Source: Candidatus Poribacteria bacterium
GTDB taxonomy: Bacteria > Poribacteria > WGA-4E > UBA9662
Assembly (NCBI GenBank): GCA_046582655.1
Contig: JAYGDX010000068.1
Coordinates: 77,546 to 141,545 of the forward strand
Reading direction: 5' to 3'
DNA length: 64,000 nt
Both the position numbers and the translations under genes were made by a program. Shown here piece by piece: positions 18,366-27,442 of the stretch (position 1 is the first letter of the stretch; every line of letters begins with the position of its first letter). Under the pieces are notes generated by a model that saw only the letters and a program-made list of their open reading frames with translations, did no database searches and was not told the origin of the DNA.

Positions 18366-19346
18366 TTAAGATGTTGTCCTTCTCCGCGAAATTAGACCGT
18401 AAAGTCCAACTGGCAAACAGTAAATGAGTATAATAATATGCAAGCTGAATGCAGTAACAAACGCAACTTCTTTTGTGGTTCCAAAGTGAATCAGCGCCCA
18501 GGAAAACGGGGCTTCGATTGTACCAAAATTCCCAATACTCTGGATTGGTAACAGATTAAAAATATTTGTGAACACCAGAGCAAAGATCAGGTTTATTACT
18601 GGAACCTTCACTCCCATTTCAACAATTAAGTAGATCTGAAATCCAAAGCGGATAACCACGTTGACAATCGAGTACACCCAAGTCAGCAAAAAATGTCGAT
18701 CCAAGCCAGTTGAAAGTAGTTCCTGCATGACTGCCAGAATCTTTTCAACTATCCATTGAATTGGGCGGAAATTGGAACCTTGAAACCAATTCTTAACAGT
18801 TTCGATTAAACGAGTTAATGCCTTCCGAGCAAAAAGTGCTGATCCGATCACGCTAAGCAGTCCGAGGCCAAATAAAATTGGCACGACAAGAAGCCCAAAA
18901 TATGAAAATCCCGCCAAATCTGATTTTAGCAGAAGACTTGTCATGATCATTAATCCAATTAGCAATGTCAAGTCAATTATGCTAGCTAACATTAGCGAAG
19001 CCAGACTTTTTGTTTCCATGACCTGCTCTCGTGATTTCATCAGGAAGATGTACGACAAGTCCCCACTTCGGAAGGGTAAGATATTTCCCCAAAACGTGTG
19101 AAGTGCGAATATGGGTAAGAGCTTAAGAATTGACCGGTCAATGGCGAGCAACTGGCGAAACCGGATCGTCTTTGCCAAAATAAAAATGCAGTAGAGAACG
19201 AATCCAATCAATAGCGTTGAAGGAGGCATCCTTCTGATTGTCTCTGGTATCCGTCCAATTTCAATTTGGCGTAAGAGCACGAAGCTAACGCAGATAGCAA
19301 CTAATAATGCTATCACAAATCTAAAGACTTGAGATCGCGGAATCAC
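18366..19346 (-). CDS. Lysylphosphatidylglycerol synthase TM-domain (flippase-like, UPF0104) protein
   Basis: Polytopic; NILPFRSGD and LLPIQSIGNFGTIE motifs. Confidence 0.75.
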   Translation of the reverse strand: MIPRSQVFRFVIALLVAICVSFVLLRQIEIGRIPETIRRMPPSTLLIGFVLYCIFILAKTIRFRQLLAIDRSILKLLPIFALHTFWGNILPFRSGDLSYIFLMKSREQVMETKSLASLMLASIIDLTLLIGLMIMTSLLLKSDLAGFSYFGLLVVPILFGLGLLSVIGSALFARKALTRLIETVKNWFQGSNFRPIQWIVEKILAVMQELLSTGLDRHFLLTWVYSIVNVVIRFGFQIYLIVEMGVKVPVINLIFALVFTNIFNLLPIQSIGNFGTIEAPFSWALIHFGTTKEVAFVTAFSLHIIILIYCLPVGLYGLISRRRTTS

Positions 19347-19395
19347 AAGATCAGATTATATCATGGATTGCGGGATCTTCAACCCCAATTCCACA

Positions 19396-19424
19396 TTGAC
19401 ATGAACACCCTATTCTGCTATGCT
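19396..19424 (+). promoter_or_regulatory. sigma70-type promoter of mutS
   Basis: TTGACA (19396-19401), 17-nt spacer ending TGc, TATGCT (19419-19424). Confidence 0.6.
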
Positions 19425-19457
19425 ATCCAGATATCTGACAATGGGAGAAAATGAGCG

Positions 19458-22136
19458 TTGGGAGCGAAAAAAAAGTCCGGTTTGATGCAGCAATATAATC
19501 GTGTTAAAAACCAATACTCAGACACGATTGTTCTATGCCGCGTCGGTGATTTTTATGAAGCATTTGGCGAGGACGCTGAGACAATTTCGAGGGTATTAGA
19601 AATTGCCCTCACCGCTAGAGATAAGAATACCGCAGGTACCCCTATCCCTATGGCTGGAGTGCCATATCATTCTCTGGATTCGTACCTTTATAAGCTCGTA
19701 AAAGAGGGACACAAGGTCGCGATCGTTGAACAGATGGAGGATGCCAAACAGGCCACAGGGCTTGTCAAACGGGACGTTGTTCGTGTAGTTACACCAGGAA
19801 CAGTGACAGATTCAAACGCACTGGATCAAAAATCTAACAATTACCTGATTTCTGCTCACCAAATCGGGGACACCTATGGTCTTGCTTCGGTTGATGTTTC
19901 AACGGGGGAATTTGCAGTTACGGAATTAGAGGAACTATCAGATCTCTGGTCGGAAGTTAACCGGATTGGACCAGCGGAATGTCTCTTTTCTGAAGATTTT
20001 GAGAATCAGGAGATTTTGGATCAAATTAACATCGAATTCAAGGCGACAATTAACTATCTTCCTGACTGGCGTTTCGATCACCAATCAGCTCGGTCTGAAT
20101 TACTCGATCATTTTAGCATTCTCTCACTTGATGGATTTGGATGCGAGAATATGTCAGCAGCAACGTGTGCCGCCGGAGCATTGATCTACTACCTGCATGA
20201 AACGCAAAAACAGGAGGTACAGCACATTCAGTCGCTTCGCACCTACACCACCCATAGCTTCGTGGTCTTGGATGCGGACACTCTGCGAAATCTTGAATTG
20301 ACACAATCAATGCGAGATGGCTCATCGAAAGGGACCCTGTTGGAAATGCTGGATCAGACCATGACTTCGATGGGGGCACGTTGCCTGAAACAATGGCTAC
20401 TCCAGCCACATCTGAAAACAGATTCAATTAATCAAAGGCTTGAGGCCGTCGACGAGCTAAAGAGTCGGATTTCGCTGCAGGAAGAACTGCGTGAAGCATT
20501 AAGACAGATGTATGATATCCAACGTTTAATCTCCCGTATCAGCCTGGGGACTGCAAACGCGCGCGAAGTGCTGGCATTGAAAGATTCTCTGAGACTTATT
20601 CCTTCAGTCAAACTACAACTTGAAGACTGTTCCGCCCCGTTTTTGATAGATCTGAATCAACAACTTGATCCGATGACGGATCTGGCTGACCTGATTGATA
20701 ATGCGATTCACCCGGAACCGCCAGTAACTATTCAGGAAGGAAATATCATACGCGATGGTTACAGTGAGGAACTTGATGGTCTAAGAGAAATCACACTATC
20801 TGGAAAGGATTGGATAGCTGAATTGCAACAAGCTGAACGCGAGCGCACAGGCATCGGTTCGTTGAAAATTGGGTATAATCAAGTTTTCGGCTACTATATT
20901 GACGTAACCAAACCCAACCTCAATCTTGTACCTGATCACTATATTCGCAAACAAACGCTAACCAATTCTGAAAGATTCATTACGCCGGATTTGAAAGAGC
21001 GTGAGTCACAAATCCTGAATGCGGAAGAACGGATTCATCAGCTTGAATACGATCTCTTTTGTGATATACGAAACCAGATTTCGAGTCGGACCAATTGTAT
21101 ACAACGAATCGCGTCTGCCATATCGATGGTCGATGTGATCGCTAATTTCGCCTACATTGCTTCAAAATATGACTACTCAAAGCCAATTATCAATGATAGC
21201 AGTGATTTAATCATCGAAAACGGCCGCCATGCCGTGGTAGAGCAATTGTTTACCGGGGAGGGGTTTGTACCCAACAACACAGAACTCAATTGTACCGATC
21301 AGCAGATGCATATCATTACCGGTCCAAACATGAGTGGTAAATCGACTTATCTCCGCCAAACAGCGCTGATTGTATTGCTGGCTCAAATAGGATGTTTTGT
21401 GCCAGCATCGGCAGCCAAGATTGGTGTGGTCGATAGGATCTTTACGCGTGTTGGTGCGTCGGATAATCTCGTTATGGGACAAAGCACATTCTTAGTTGAA
21501 ATGAATGAAACTGCAAATATTCTTAACAATGCGACATCCAAAAGTTTGATTATTCTTGACGAGATCGGCCGTGGGACCAGCACATTCGATGGATTAAGTA
21601 TTGCTTGGGCTGTTGCGGAATATATTCTTGATGACAAAAAGATTGGAGCCAAAACCTTATTTGCCACGCATTATCATGAATTAATTGAGCTTGCCGGCAA
21701 ATATAAGAATGTCAAAAATTATAATGTTGCTGTACATGAAGACGGCGAAAAAATCACGTTTCTGCGCAAAGTAGTTGGGGGCGGTACCGATCAAAGTTAT
21801 GGAATTCATGTGGCACGACTTGCCGGGTTACCACAGATAGTCATTGATCGGGCTAACCAGATCTTGGCTATACTCGAACAACATAACCTTTCTATAGAAA
21901 GCAACCAGGCAGACGACGCTTCTGAACCACCAACCAACCTAACAACAAGCGGGATGCCGCGCAAACGAAAGCGAATTTCACGAAAGACCTTTCAAGATGA
22001 CTCCCTCCAGATGGCGCTATTCACACCTAAAACGCATCCAATCGTTGAAGAACTCCAGAATCTTGATCTAAATCAACTGACACCGATGGAAGCACTAAAT
22101 TTGATCTACCAGCTGAAAGCAAGGGCCGTAAGCTAA
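19458..22136 (+). CDS. mutS: DNA mismatch repair protein MutS
   Basis: GDFYE mismatch motif; Walker A TGPNMSGKST; STFLVEM, DEIGRGTST, LFATHYHEL, SYGIHVA. Confidence 0.97.
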   Translation: MGAKKKSGLMQQYNRVKNQYSDTIVLCRVGDFYEAFGEDAETISRVLEIALTARDKNTAGTPIPMAGVPYHSLDSYLYKLVKEGHKVAIVEQMEDAKQATGLVKRDVVRVVTPGTVTDSNALDQKSNNYLISAHQIGDTYGLASVDVSTGEFAVTELEELSDLWSEVNRIGPAECLFSEDFENQEILDQINIEFKATINYLPDWRFDHQSARSELLDHFSILSLDGFGCENMSAATCAAGALIYYLHETQKQEVQHIQSLRTYTTHSFVVLDADTLRNLELTQSMRDGSSKGTLLEMLDQTMTSMGARCLKQWLLQPHLKTDSINQRLEAVDELKSRISLQEELREALRQMYDIQRLISRISLGTANAREVLALKDSLRLIPSVKLQLEDCSAPFLIDLNQQLDPMTDLADLIDNAIHPEPPVTIQEGNIIRDGYSEELDGLREITLSGKDWIAELQQAERERTGIGSLKIGYNQVFGYYIDVTKPNLNLVPDHYIRKQTLTNSERFITPDLKERESQILNAEERIHQLEYDLFCDIRNQISSRTNCIQRIASAISMVDVIANFAYIASKYDYSKPIINDSSDLIIENGRHAVVEQLFTGEGFVPNNTELNCTDQQMHIITGPNMSGKSTYLRQTALIVLLAQIGCFVPASAAKIGVVDRIFTRVGASDNLVMGQSTFLVEMNETANILNNATSKSLIILDEIGRGTSTFDGLSIAWAVAEYILDDKKIGAKTLFATHYHELIELAGKYKNVKNYNVAVHEDGEKITFLRKVVGGGTDQSYGIHVARLAGLPQIVIDRANQILAILEQHNLSIESNQADDASEPPTNLTTSGMPRKRKRISRKTFQDDSLQMALFTPKTHPIVEELQNLDLNQLTPMEALNLIYQLKARAVS

Positions 22137-22202
22137 TTCTCAATCAAACAATTAACAAATATTGAGGCTGTTTTCGAGCAGACTGATCAGTAGGACTTTT
22201 CT

Positions 22203-22232
22203 TTGACAGTTTATATAAATCAATGATAAGAT
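22203..22232 (+). promoter_or_regulatory. sigma70-type promoter of the crystallin-flotillin operon
   Basis: TTGACA (22203-22208), 18-nt spacer ending TGa, TAAGAT (22227-22232). Confidence 0.55.
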
Positions 22233-22284
22233 ACCTCGGCTAAGTCCATTCTAAAAAAACAGGAAAACTTTGTGAGGAAGTAGG

Positions 22285-23670
22285 ATGCCAGTTGTTATAC
22301 CACGTCTCATCGTTGAGGTTTTCGAACACCCTAATTTTGGTGGTAGAAGAGGGTATATCTTCGAGCCGGTCAGTTTTACGGCTGACATCGGGTTTCAAGA
22401 CAACATTTCTTCGGTGAAGATCTACAAAGGACCTAATTTTAAATCCAATCCAAATTATAAGGCTATTCTCCACGAGCACTGGCATTTTCAAGGACGGAAA
22501 CTTGTACTGGGTCCAGGCTTCTATCCTAATCTTCATGATATGATTTATAACTTTACAGATAATATTTCATCAATCAATTTTGGATCCGTCTTGGAAACGG
22601 CTGGACCTGAGTGGGGAACGGTGCCGCTAATTGTCGAGTGTTATGAACACGCAGAGTTTCAAGGACGAAAGATAACCATCTTGCGTGATATTGCGCACAC
22701 AGGGAACCTAGGTTTGCATGATATGATCTCTTCTGTTCGTATCTTCAAGGGACCGGACTTCCCGCGTGAGGGAGCGAATGTCGCGTTTTTTGAACATGTC
22801 GATTTTGAAGGCGCCCAGTTTTCGATAAGAATGGAGCCCATGGATTATAAGAAAGAAATACCAAATTTCGCCTTTCTCCCAGGTCGTTTCAATGATGTTG
22901 TATCTTCTATCAAAATAGAGGGCTGGTCATCGTCATCTGAGTTTAACGAAATTGTGTTTGAGGACGAATTTATTGGTAATGATATGCGGCCGGAGTGGAG
23001 ATGGGAAGATCCCGGTGGTGGTGGAGCTTGGTCGGAGCGTCAAGGGTACTTGGAGATGCGTGCTGATCCGGGACAGGATCTCTGGCATGGTAGTCCTCCG
23101 GGTAGCGGTGGAAACATGGAAGCACCTCGCTTGTTGATGGATGCATCAGGCGACTTTGCCATTGAGTGTCGGCTCCGCGTGTCTCCAGATTTGAAGGAGC
23201 ATGGTGGGCTTATTGTCTGGAAAGGTCCGCATTCGTTTGTTAGACTCGAGAAAACTTCGGGCCCGCATGGTTTTAGAGGCGACGTTAGATTTGAAAGACA
23301 CGTTAATCGTGTCTATTCCTTGGTTGGGCGAGGAGCTGGTTTGGTTAACGTTAGGGAACTCTATCTCAAACTTGAAAGACGCGGCAACCAGTTCTTAGGT
23401 TATGCTAGTCCTGACGGTACCCGTTGGTTGAGTTGCGGACAAACAAACGTTGGTATGGGAGATCCCGTTCACGTCGGTTTGCATACTCTCTGTCCAGGTA
23501 ATATTCCGCCAACTCTCACGCGTTTTGAGTATTTCCGGCTATTTAAGCGAAGAGGTGAAGCGATTAAATATGGCCTAAGAACGGCTCTGGACGCTCGTCA
23601 GATGACCGATCACGAAAGAGAAAGACTAGATCAGCGACAAAGAGCACGCGCAATGCGTGACCTGGTTTAG
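22285..23670 (+). CDS. Beta/gamma-crystallin domain protein (4 Greek keys) with C-terminal DUF1349/ConA-like jellyroll
   Basis: FEHPNFGG, HEHWHFQG, YEHAEFQG, FEHVDFEG each followed by a DxxSS motif; C-terminal APRLL...GDF, LKLERRGNQFLGYASPDG, VHVGL; no signal peptide. Confidence 0.8.
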   Translation: MPVVIPRLIVEVFEHPNFGGRRGYIFEPVSFTADIGFQDNISSVKIYKGPNFKSNPNYKAILHEHWHFQGRKLVLGPGFYPNLHDMIYNFTDNISSINFGSVLETAGPEWGTVPLIVECYEHAEFQGRKITILRDIAHTGNLGLHDMISSVRIFKGPDFPREGANVAFFEHVDFEGAQFSIRMEPMDYKKEIPNFAFLPGRFNDVVSSIKIEGWSSSSEFNEIVFEDEFIGNDMRPEWRWEDPGGGGAWSERQGYLEMRADPGQDLWHGSPPGSGGNMEAPRLLMDASGDFAIECRLRVSPDLKEHGGLIVWKGPHSFVRLEKTSGPHGFRGDVRFERHVNRVYSLVGRGAGLVNVRELYLKLERRGNQFLGYASPDGTRWLSCGQTNVGMGDPVHVGLHTLCPGNIPPTLTRFEYFRLFKRRGEAIKYGLRTALDARQMTDHERERLDQRQRARAMRDLV

Positions 23671-23694
23671 GGCTATTAGGCTGAGGGAATTATT

Positions 23695-25134
23695 ATGGCA
23701 TTAGCACCTCGATTGGTTGTTGAGGTCTTTGAGCATGTCAACTACCAAGGACGCAAGGTAACGGTCATTGATTCTGTTGTAAATACGGAGGAAATAGGGG
23801 TTCAGGATATTATTTCCTCCATTAAGATTTACAAGGGACCGGGTTTTAGAGCCTCGCCGAATTACAAGGCGATATTTCATGAGCATGCTAATCATCAGGG
23901 GAGAAAACTCATCCTGGCGCCTGGCTATTATCCGAGCATCCACGAAATCCCATACAATTTTGGCGATGTCATTTCGTCAATCAGTTTTACTCCTGCCGCT
24001 AATCCTACACCGCCGGAATATGGTGCTATACCGCTTGTTGTCCAAGTTTATCGTGATATCGATTTTCACGGTAAAAGGGGAGTGATTATGCGGGATGTAA
24101 GTGATTTTCGCGAGATTGGGCTGGACAATTCAGTCTCTTCGATTCAAATACAGCGTGGTCCAAATTTTCCTTTTGGCGGCTGTCGTGCGATTTTCTACCA
24201 GCAACCCAATTTTGAGGGCCAGCGTTTGACCGTCCCGTTGGGGCCAAGAGAATTCCAAGTTAGGCTTCGAAATTTGCACGATGCTAGAAGTTTGCATAAC
24301 GCGGCTCAACCTTTTTCAAACATAGTCTCCTCCGTCAAAGTAGTTCCTGTTGGTTCCTTCCGTGTTCTTGTTGTTGTTGCTGATAATCGTACAAATGAAC
24401 CTGCCGTTCTGGAGTCGCTGGTCGATATGGAAGGTCACGAATTTGAGTACACGATTGTTAACATCAACCCAAACCCTGATAATTATGGGGATTCTAATAA
24501 CGCCACTAAACTTTCCAGCGTTATACTTTCTGAGTATGATATTGTTTGGTTTACTTGGAATGGCCCGGCGCACGATCGTGAGTATTTTGTTGAGGACTCA
24601 GATCACGCAATTCGTGAGTTCGTTAGGCAAGGAGGAATCGTTTGGGCATCAGCGATGGATGACAATATTGTGCCGCCTGACGGGGTCCATACACACGAAT
24701 CCAGCTGGCGCGGTGACTGGTTACCAGTCGATCAGTATCCAATCCGTGTGGTGAATGCGGGGGATGTCAAAGCTAACGTCACGCGTGAAGGACATCAAAC
24801 TGGTTTATTCGCTTGGCCTCACAAGATAGATGTGAATGCTTTGGTGCTAGATGATCATTGGGTTACCGAAGAGCCCGAGTATGTTAGGCTTGCAGTCCAT
24901 GGTGATGATAATAATGCCCCCATAGGATTTCAACTCCGCTATGGAGATGGATATTATGTTGCTTTTGCAATTGACACTCGCGATGCGATGAAAACAGCAA
25001 TGGCAAAGACACTAATTGAAAATGCTCTCTGTTACTTGGCAAACCTGGCTTGGCAAACTTCGCCTCGTCAACCGTTGAAAGGACGATCCCGCTCAATGCC
25101 GAGTTCTAGGGCTTGGCGTTCGGTCATGAGATGA
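23695..25134 (+). CDS. Beta/gamma-crystallin domain protein (4 Greek keys) with C-terminal class-I GATase-like alpha/beta domain
   Basis: FEHVNYQG, HEHANHQG, YRDIDFHG, YQQPNFEG Greek keys; LSEYDIVW, IREFVRQGG, YGDGYYV; no signal peptide. Confidence 0.75.
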   Translation: MALAPRLVVEVFEHVNYQGRKVTVIDSVVNTEEIGVQDIISSIKIYKGPGFRASPNYKAIFHEHANHQGRKLILAPGYYPSIHEIPYNFGDVISSISFTPAANPTPPEYGAIPLVVQVYRDIDFHGKRGVIMRDVSDFREIGLDNSVSSIQIQRGPNFPFGGCRAIFYQQPNFEGQRLTVPLGPREFQVRLRNLHDARSLHNAAQPFSNIVSSVKVVPVGSFRVLVVVADNRTNEPAVLESLVDMEGHEFEYTIVNINPNPDNYGDSNNATKLSSVILSEYDIVWFTWNGPAHDREYFVEDSDHAIREFVRQGGIVWASAMDDNIVPPDGVHTHESSWRGDWLPVDQYPIRVVNAGDVKANVTREGHQTGLFAWPHKIDVNALVLDDHWVTEEPEYVRLAVHGDDNNAPIGFQLRYGDGYYVAFAIDTRDAMKTAMAKTLIENALCYLANLAWQTSPRQPLKGRSRSMPSSRAWRSVMR

Positions 25135-25160
25135 TAGGAAAGAAGTATCAGGAGAAATAA

Positions 25161-27431
25161 ATGCGCTTAATAGCTCTTATTCTAATTCTTATTGCAGTGG
25201 CAGGATTTGTTGGCTTTTTTGCCTTACAGCAATTCACCAATGCTTTATTTATTTCATTGGCTATCGCGTTTTCTATTAGCATTGCATTTATTGCCTCTGT
25301 TATCCGCTACAAAAAACCTAAGGCCGATGTGGCCTTGGTTAGAACTGGGGGACGCGGATTTAAGATCAATATTACTGGCGGGCTATGGTTGAACACCATT
25401 ATCCACGAAGTTAGGGAAGTCTCACTCAACACCATGCGACTTGAGATACTTCGTGAAGGACAAGATGCTTTTATTACCGCTGATTTCAACCGTGCGGATG
25501 TTGAGGCTGTTTTCTATATTCAGGTTCAGCCGTTGGAGGACGATATTTTACGGGCTGCTCAATCTCTTGGTGATAAGAATATGACGCCAGAAACGATTCG
25601 GGAGTTGATTGAACAGAAGCTTGAAGGTGCTTTGAGAAGTGTTGCGGCTGAGAGTGGAATTGAGGAGTTATTGCAGAGAAGAGAAGAATTTGCTGACAAA
25701 GTCCAAGAAGCAGTTGGTGTTAACTTGCAGATGGAGAATGGGCTTAAGCTTGAATCGGTGTCTATTATCCGAGTTGACCAAACGCCGATTGTTTCATTGG
25801 ATATGGAGAACCGTTTTGATGCAATTGGTATCCGGACAATTACTGAGATTACCGCAGATCAAGCTCGTGAGAAGGAAAGAATCGTTCAGGAAAAAGAGGT
25901 AGCTATCGTTCAAATTGATGTTGAAGCAAATATTCTCAAGCTAGAAGCTGATCAGTCGCAAGCATGGGCTGAATCCGACCAGCAGAAGAATATAGCCATT
26001 TACGCCGCCGAGCGTGAGGCAGACACACTCCAATTTCAGTTTGAGATGGAGCAGGGTGTTCAAGAGCGTGAATACTTGATGAAGCAAGAAGTCGAAAAGG
26101 CAAGAGTTGCACAAGATCAGGCTATTCAGGAGCGAGAGATCGAAGCTACGCAGATGGTTGAAACGGCTAAGATAGAGCAGGAACAAGTGGTGGCTGAACG
26201 CGAAATTGAAAAGAACTTGGTTGTTGAAACAAAACAAATTGAGCAGACCAGAAAGGTTCAAATTACCGAGCTTGAAGCTAATCTAGCCGTCTCCATGGAA
26301 CGTATCGAAATGGAACAGCAAGTTGAAGTTCGTGATCAGGAGAAACTGCTGGAGATCGAACGAGCTAAGCTTGCGATGGAAGAGGGTGTTAGTCTTAGAG
26401 ATGTCGAAAAGACACTGGTGGTCGAAACAGCCAAGATTGCCCAGGAACAGCAGGTACAGCAGCGGGATATTGAGAAGAACTTGGTAATTGAAACGGCACA
26501 GATTGGTCAGGAACGTCAAGTGTCATTGACAGAGATTGAAAAGATGCAAACGGTGGATGTAGCCAAACTGTCACAGGAACAGGTAGTTGGTATTCGTGAG
26601 CAAGGGAAACTGCTGGAGGTCGAACGAGCCAAGCTCACTATGGAAGAGGGTGTTGGTCTTAGAGATGTCGAAAAGACACTGGTGGTCGAGACAGCCAAGA
26701 TTGGTCAGGAACAGCAGGTGCAGCAGCGGGATATTGAGAAGAACCTGGTGGTTGAAACGACACAGATTGGTCAAGGTCGGCAGGTTGAATTGACAGAGAT
26801 TGAAAAGATCCTTACCGTCGAGCAATCTCGAATTGATCAGGAACTGGTTGTTCAGCTCAAAGACGAGGATCGAAAGATTGATGTTGCGAATAGGCAGGTT
26901 ACAACAGCTACAGCTGAGAAAGGACAACTACTTGCTGAAGCAGGACGCGCAGAAGCACAAGTTGAAGTCATAGCTGCCCAACGGGTCAGAGAAGCAGAAT
27001 GGCAGCGTGATATAGCCATCCTTGGTGGAGAAGCTCAAGCCCAACCGATCGAACGTTTGGCAGATGCTGTTCTGGCCGAAGCACGCGCAAAAGCTACAGG
27101 GGAGATGGTGCATTTGGAAGCACGAAATGTGGCTGAACAGCGTGTTCTTGTTCAAGAAGCGTTACTAGAACTCATCGAGGTCTCACCTGAATTGGTAGAG
27201 AGGTTGATGAAACCTGTCGAGAAAATTGATTCCATCAAGATCCTCGACATGGGTGGTTCGGATGGCAAGGGTAGTAGCAAAATGGGAAAGTTGGCCAGCA
27301 ACATCCTTGATACGGGAACGATTTCTCCGATGCTGAAGGAACTTTTTGACTTCGCTGACGTAGATGCTAAGCAGATTGCAGATAAAATTGGTGAATATTT
27401 ACAGGGATTAGCAGGACGTCAAAATAGTTAG
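25161..27431 (+). CDS. Flotillin / SPFH (band 7) family protein with an expanded coiled coil
   Basis: Two N-terminal TM helices; ALVRTG, LNTMRLEI, AAQSLG, GALRSVAA, GLKLESVSI, NRFDAIG; C-terminal KPVEKIDSIKI. Confidence 0.9.
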   Translation: MRLIALILILIAVAGFVGFFALQQFTNALFISLAIAFSISIAFIASVIRYKKPKADVALVRTGGRGFKINITGGLWLNTIIHEVREVSLNTMRLEILREGQDAFITADFNRADVEAVFYIQVQPLEDDILRAAQSLGDKNMTPETIRELIEQKLEGALRSVAAESGIEELLQRREEFADKVQEAVGVNLQMENGLKLESVSIIRVDQTPIVSLDMENRFDAIGIRTITEITADQAREKERIVQEKEVAIVQIDVEANILKLEADQSQAWAESDQQKNIAIYAAEREADTLQFQFEMEQGVQEREYLMKQEVEKARVAQDQAIQEREIEATQMVETAKIEQEQVVAEREIEKNLVVETKQIEQTRKVQITELEANLAVSMERIEMEQQVEVRDQEKLLEIERAKLAMEEGVSLRDVEKTLVVETAKIAQEQQVQQRDIEKNLVIETAQIGQERQVSLTEIEKMQTVDVAKLSQEQVVGIREQGKLLEVERAKLTMEEGVGLRDVEKTLVVETAKIGQEQQVQQRDIEKNLVVETTQIGQGRQVELTEIEKILTVEQSRIDQELVVQLKDEDRKIDVANRQVTTATAEKGQLLAEAGRAEAQVEVIAAQRVREAEWQRDIAILGGEAQAQPIERLADAVLAEARAKATGEMVHLEARNVAEQRVLVQEALLELIEVSPELVERLMKPVEKIDSIKILDMGGSDGKGSSKMGKLASNILDTGTISPMLKELFDFADVDAKQIADKIGEYLQGLAGRQNS
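26343..26809 (+). repeat. Intragenic direct duplication with a 264-nt (88-aa) period in the flotillin stalk
   Basis: aaactgctggag...gagattgaaaagat copies start at 26343 and 26607 with high nucleotide similarity; underlying 22-aa unit. Confidence 0.9.
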
Positions 27432-27442
27432 ACTGGATTGAA

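Noticed and set aside
26343..26809. Repeats as a possible CRISPR array or DGR template/variable repeat pair
   Set aside because: They are in-frame coding repeats without spacers; mismatches are not adenine-specific, and no reverse transcriptase or cas gene is present
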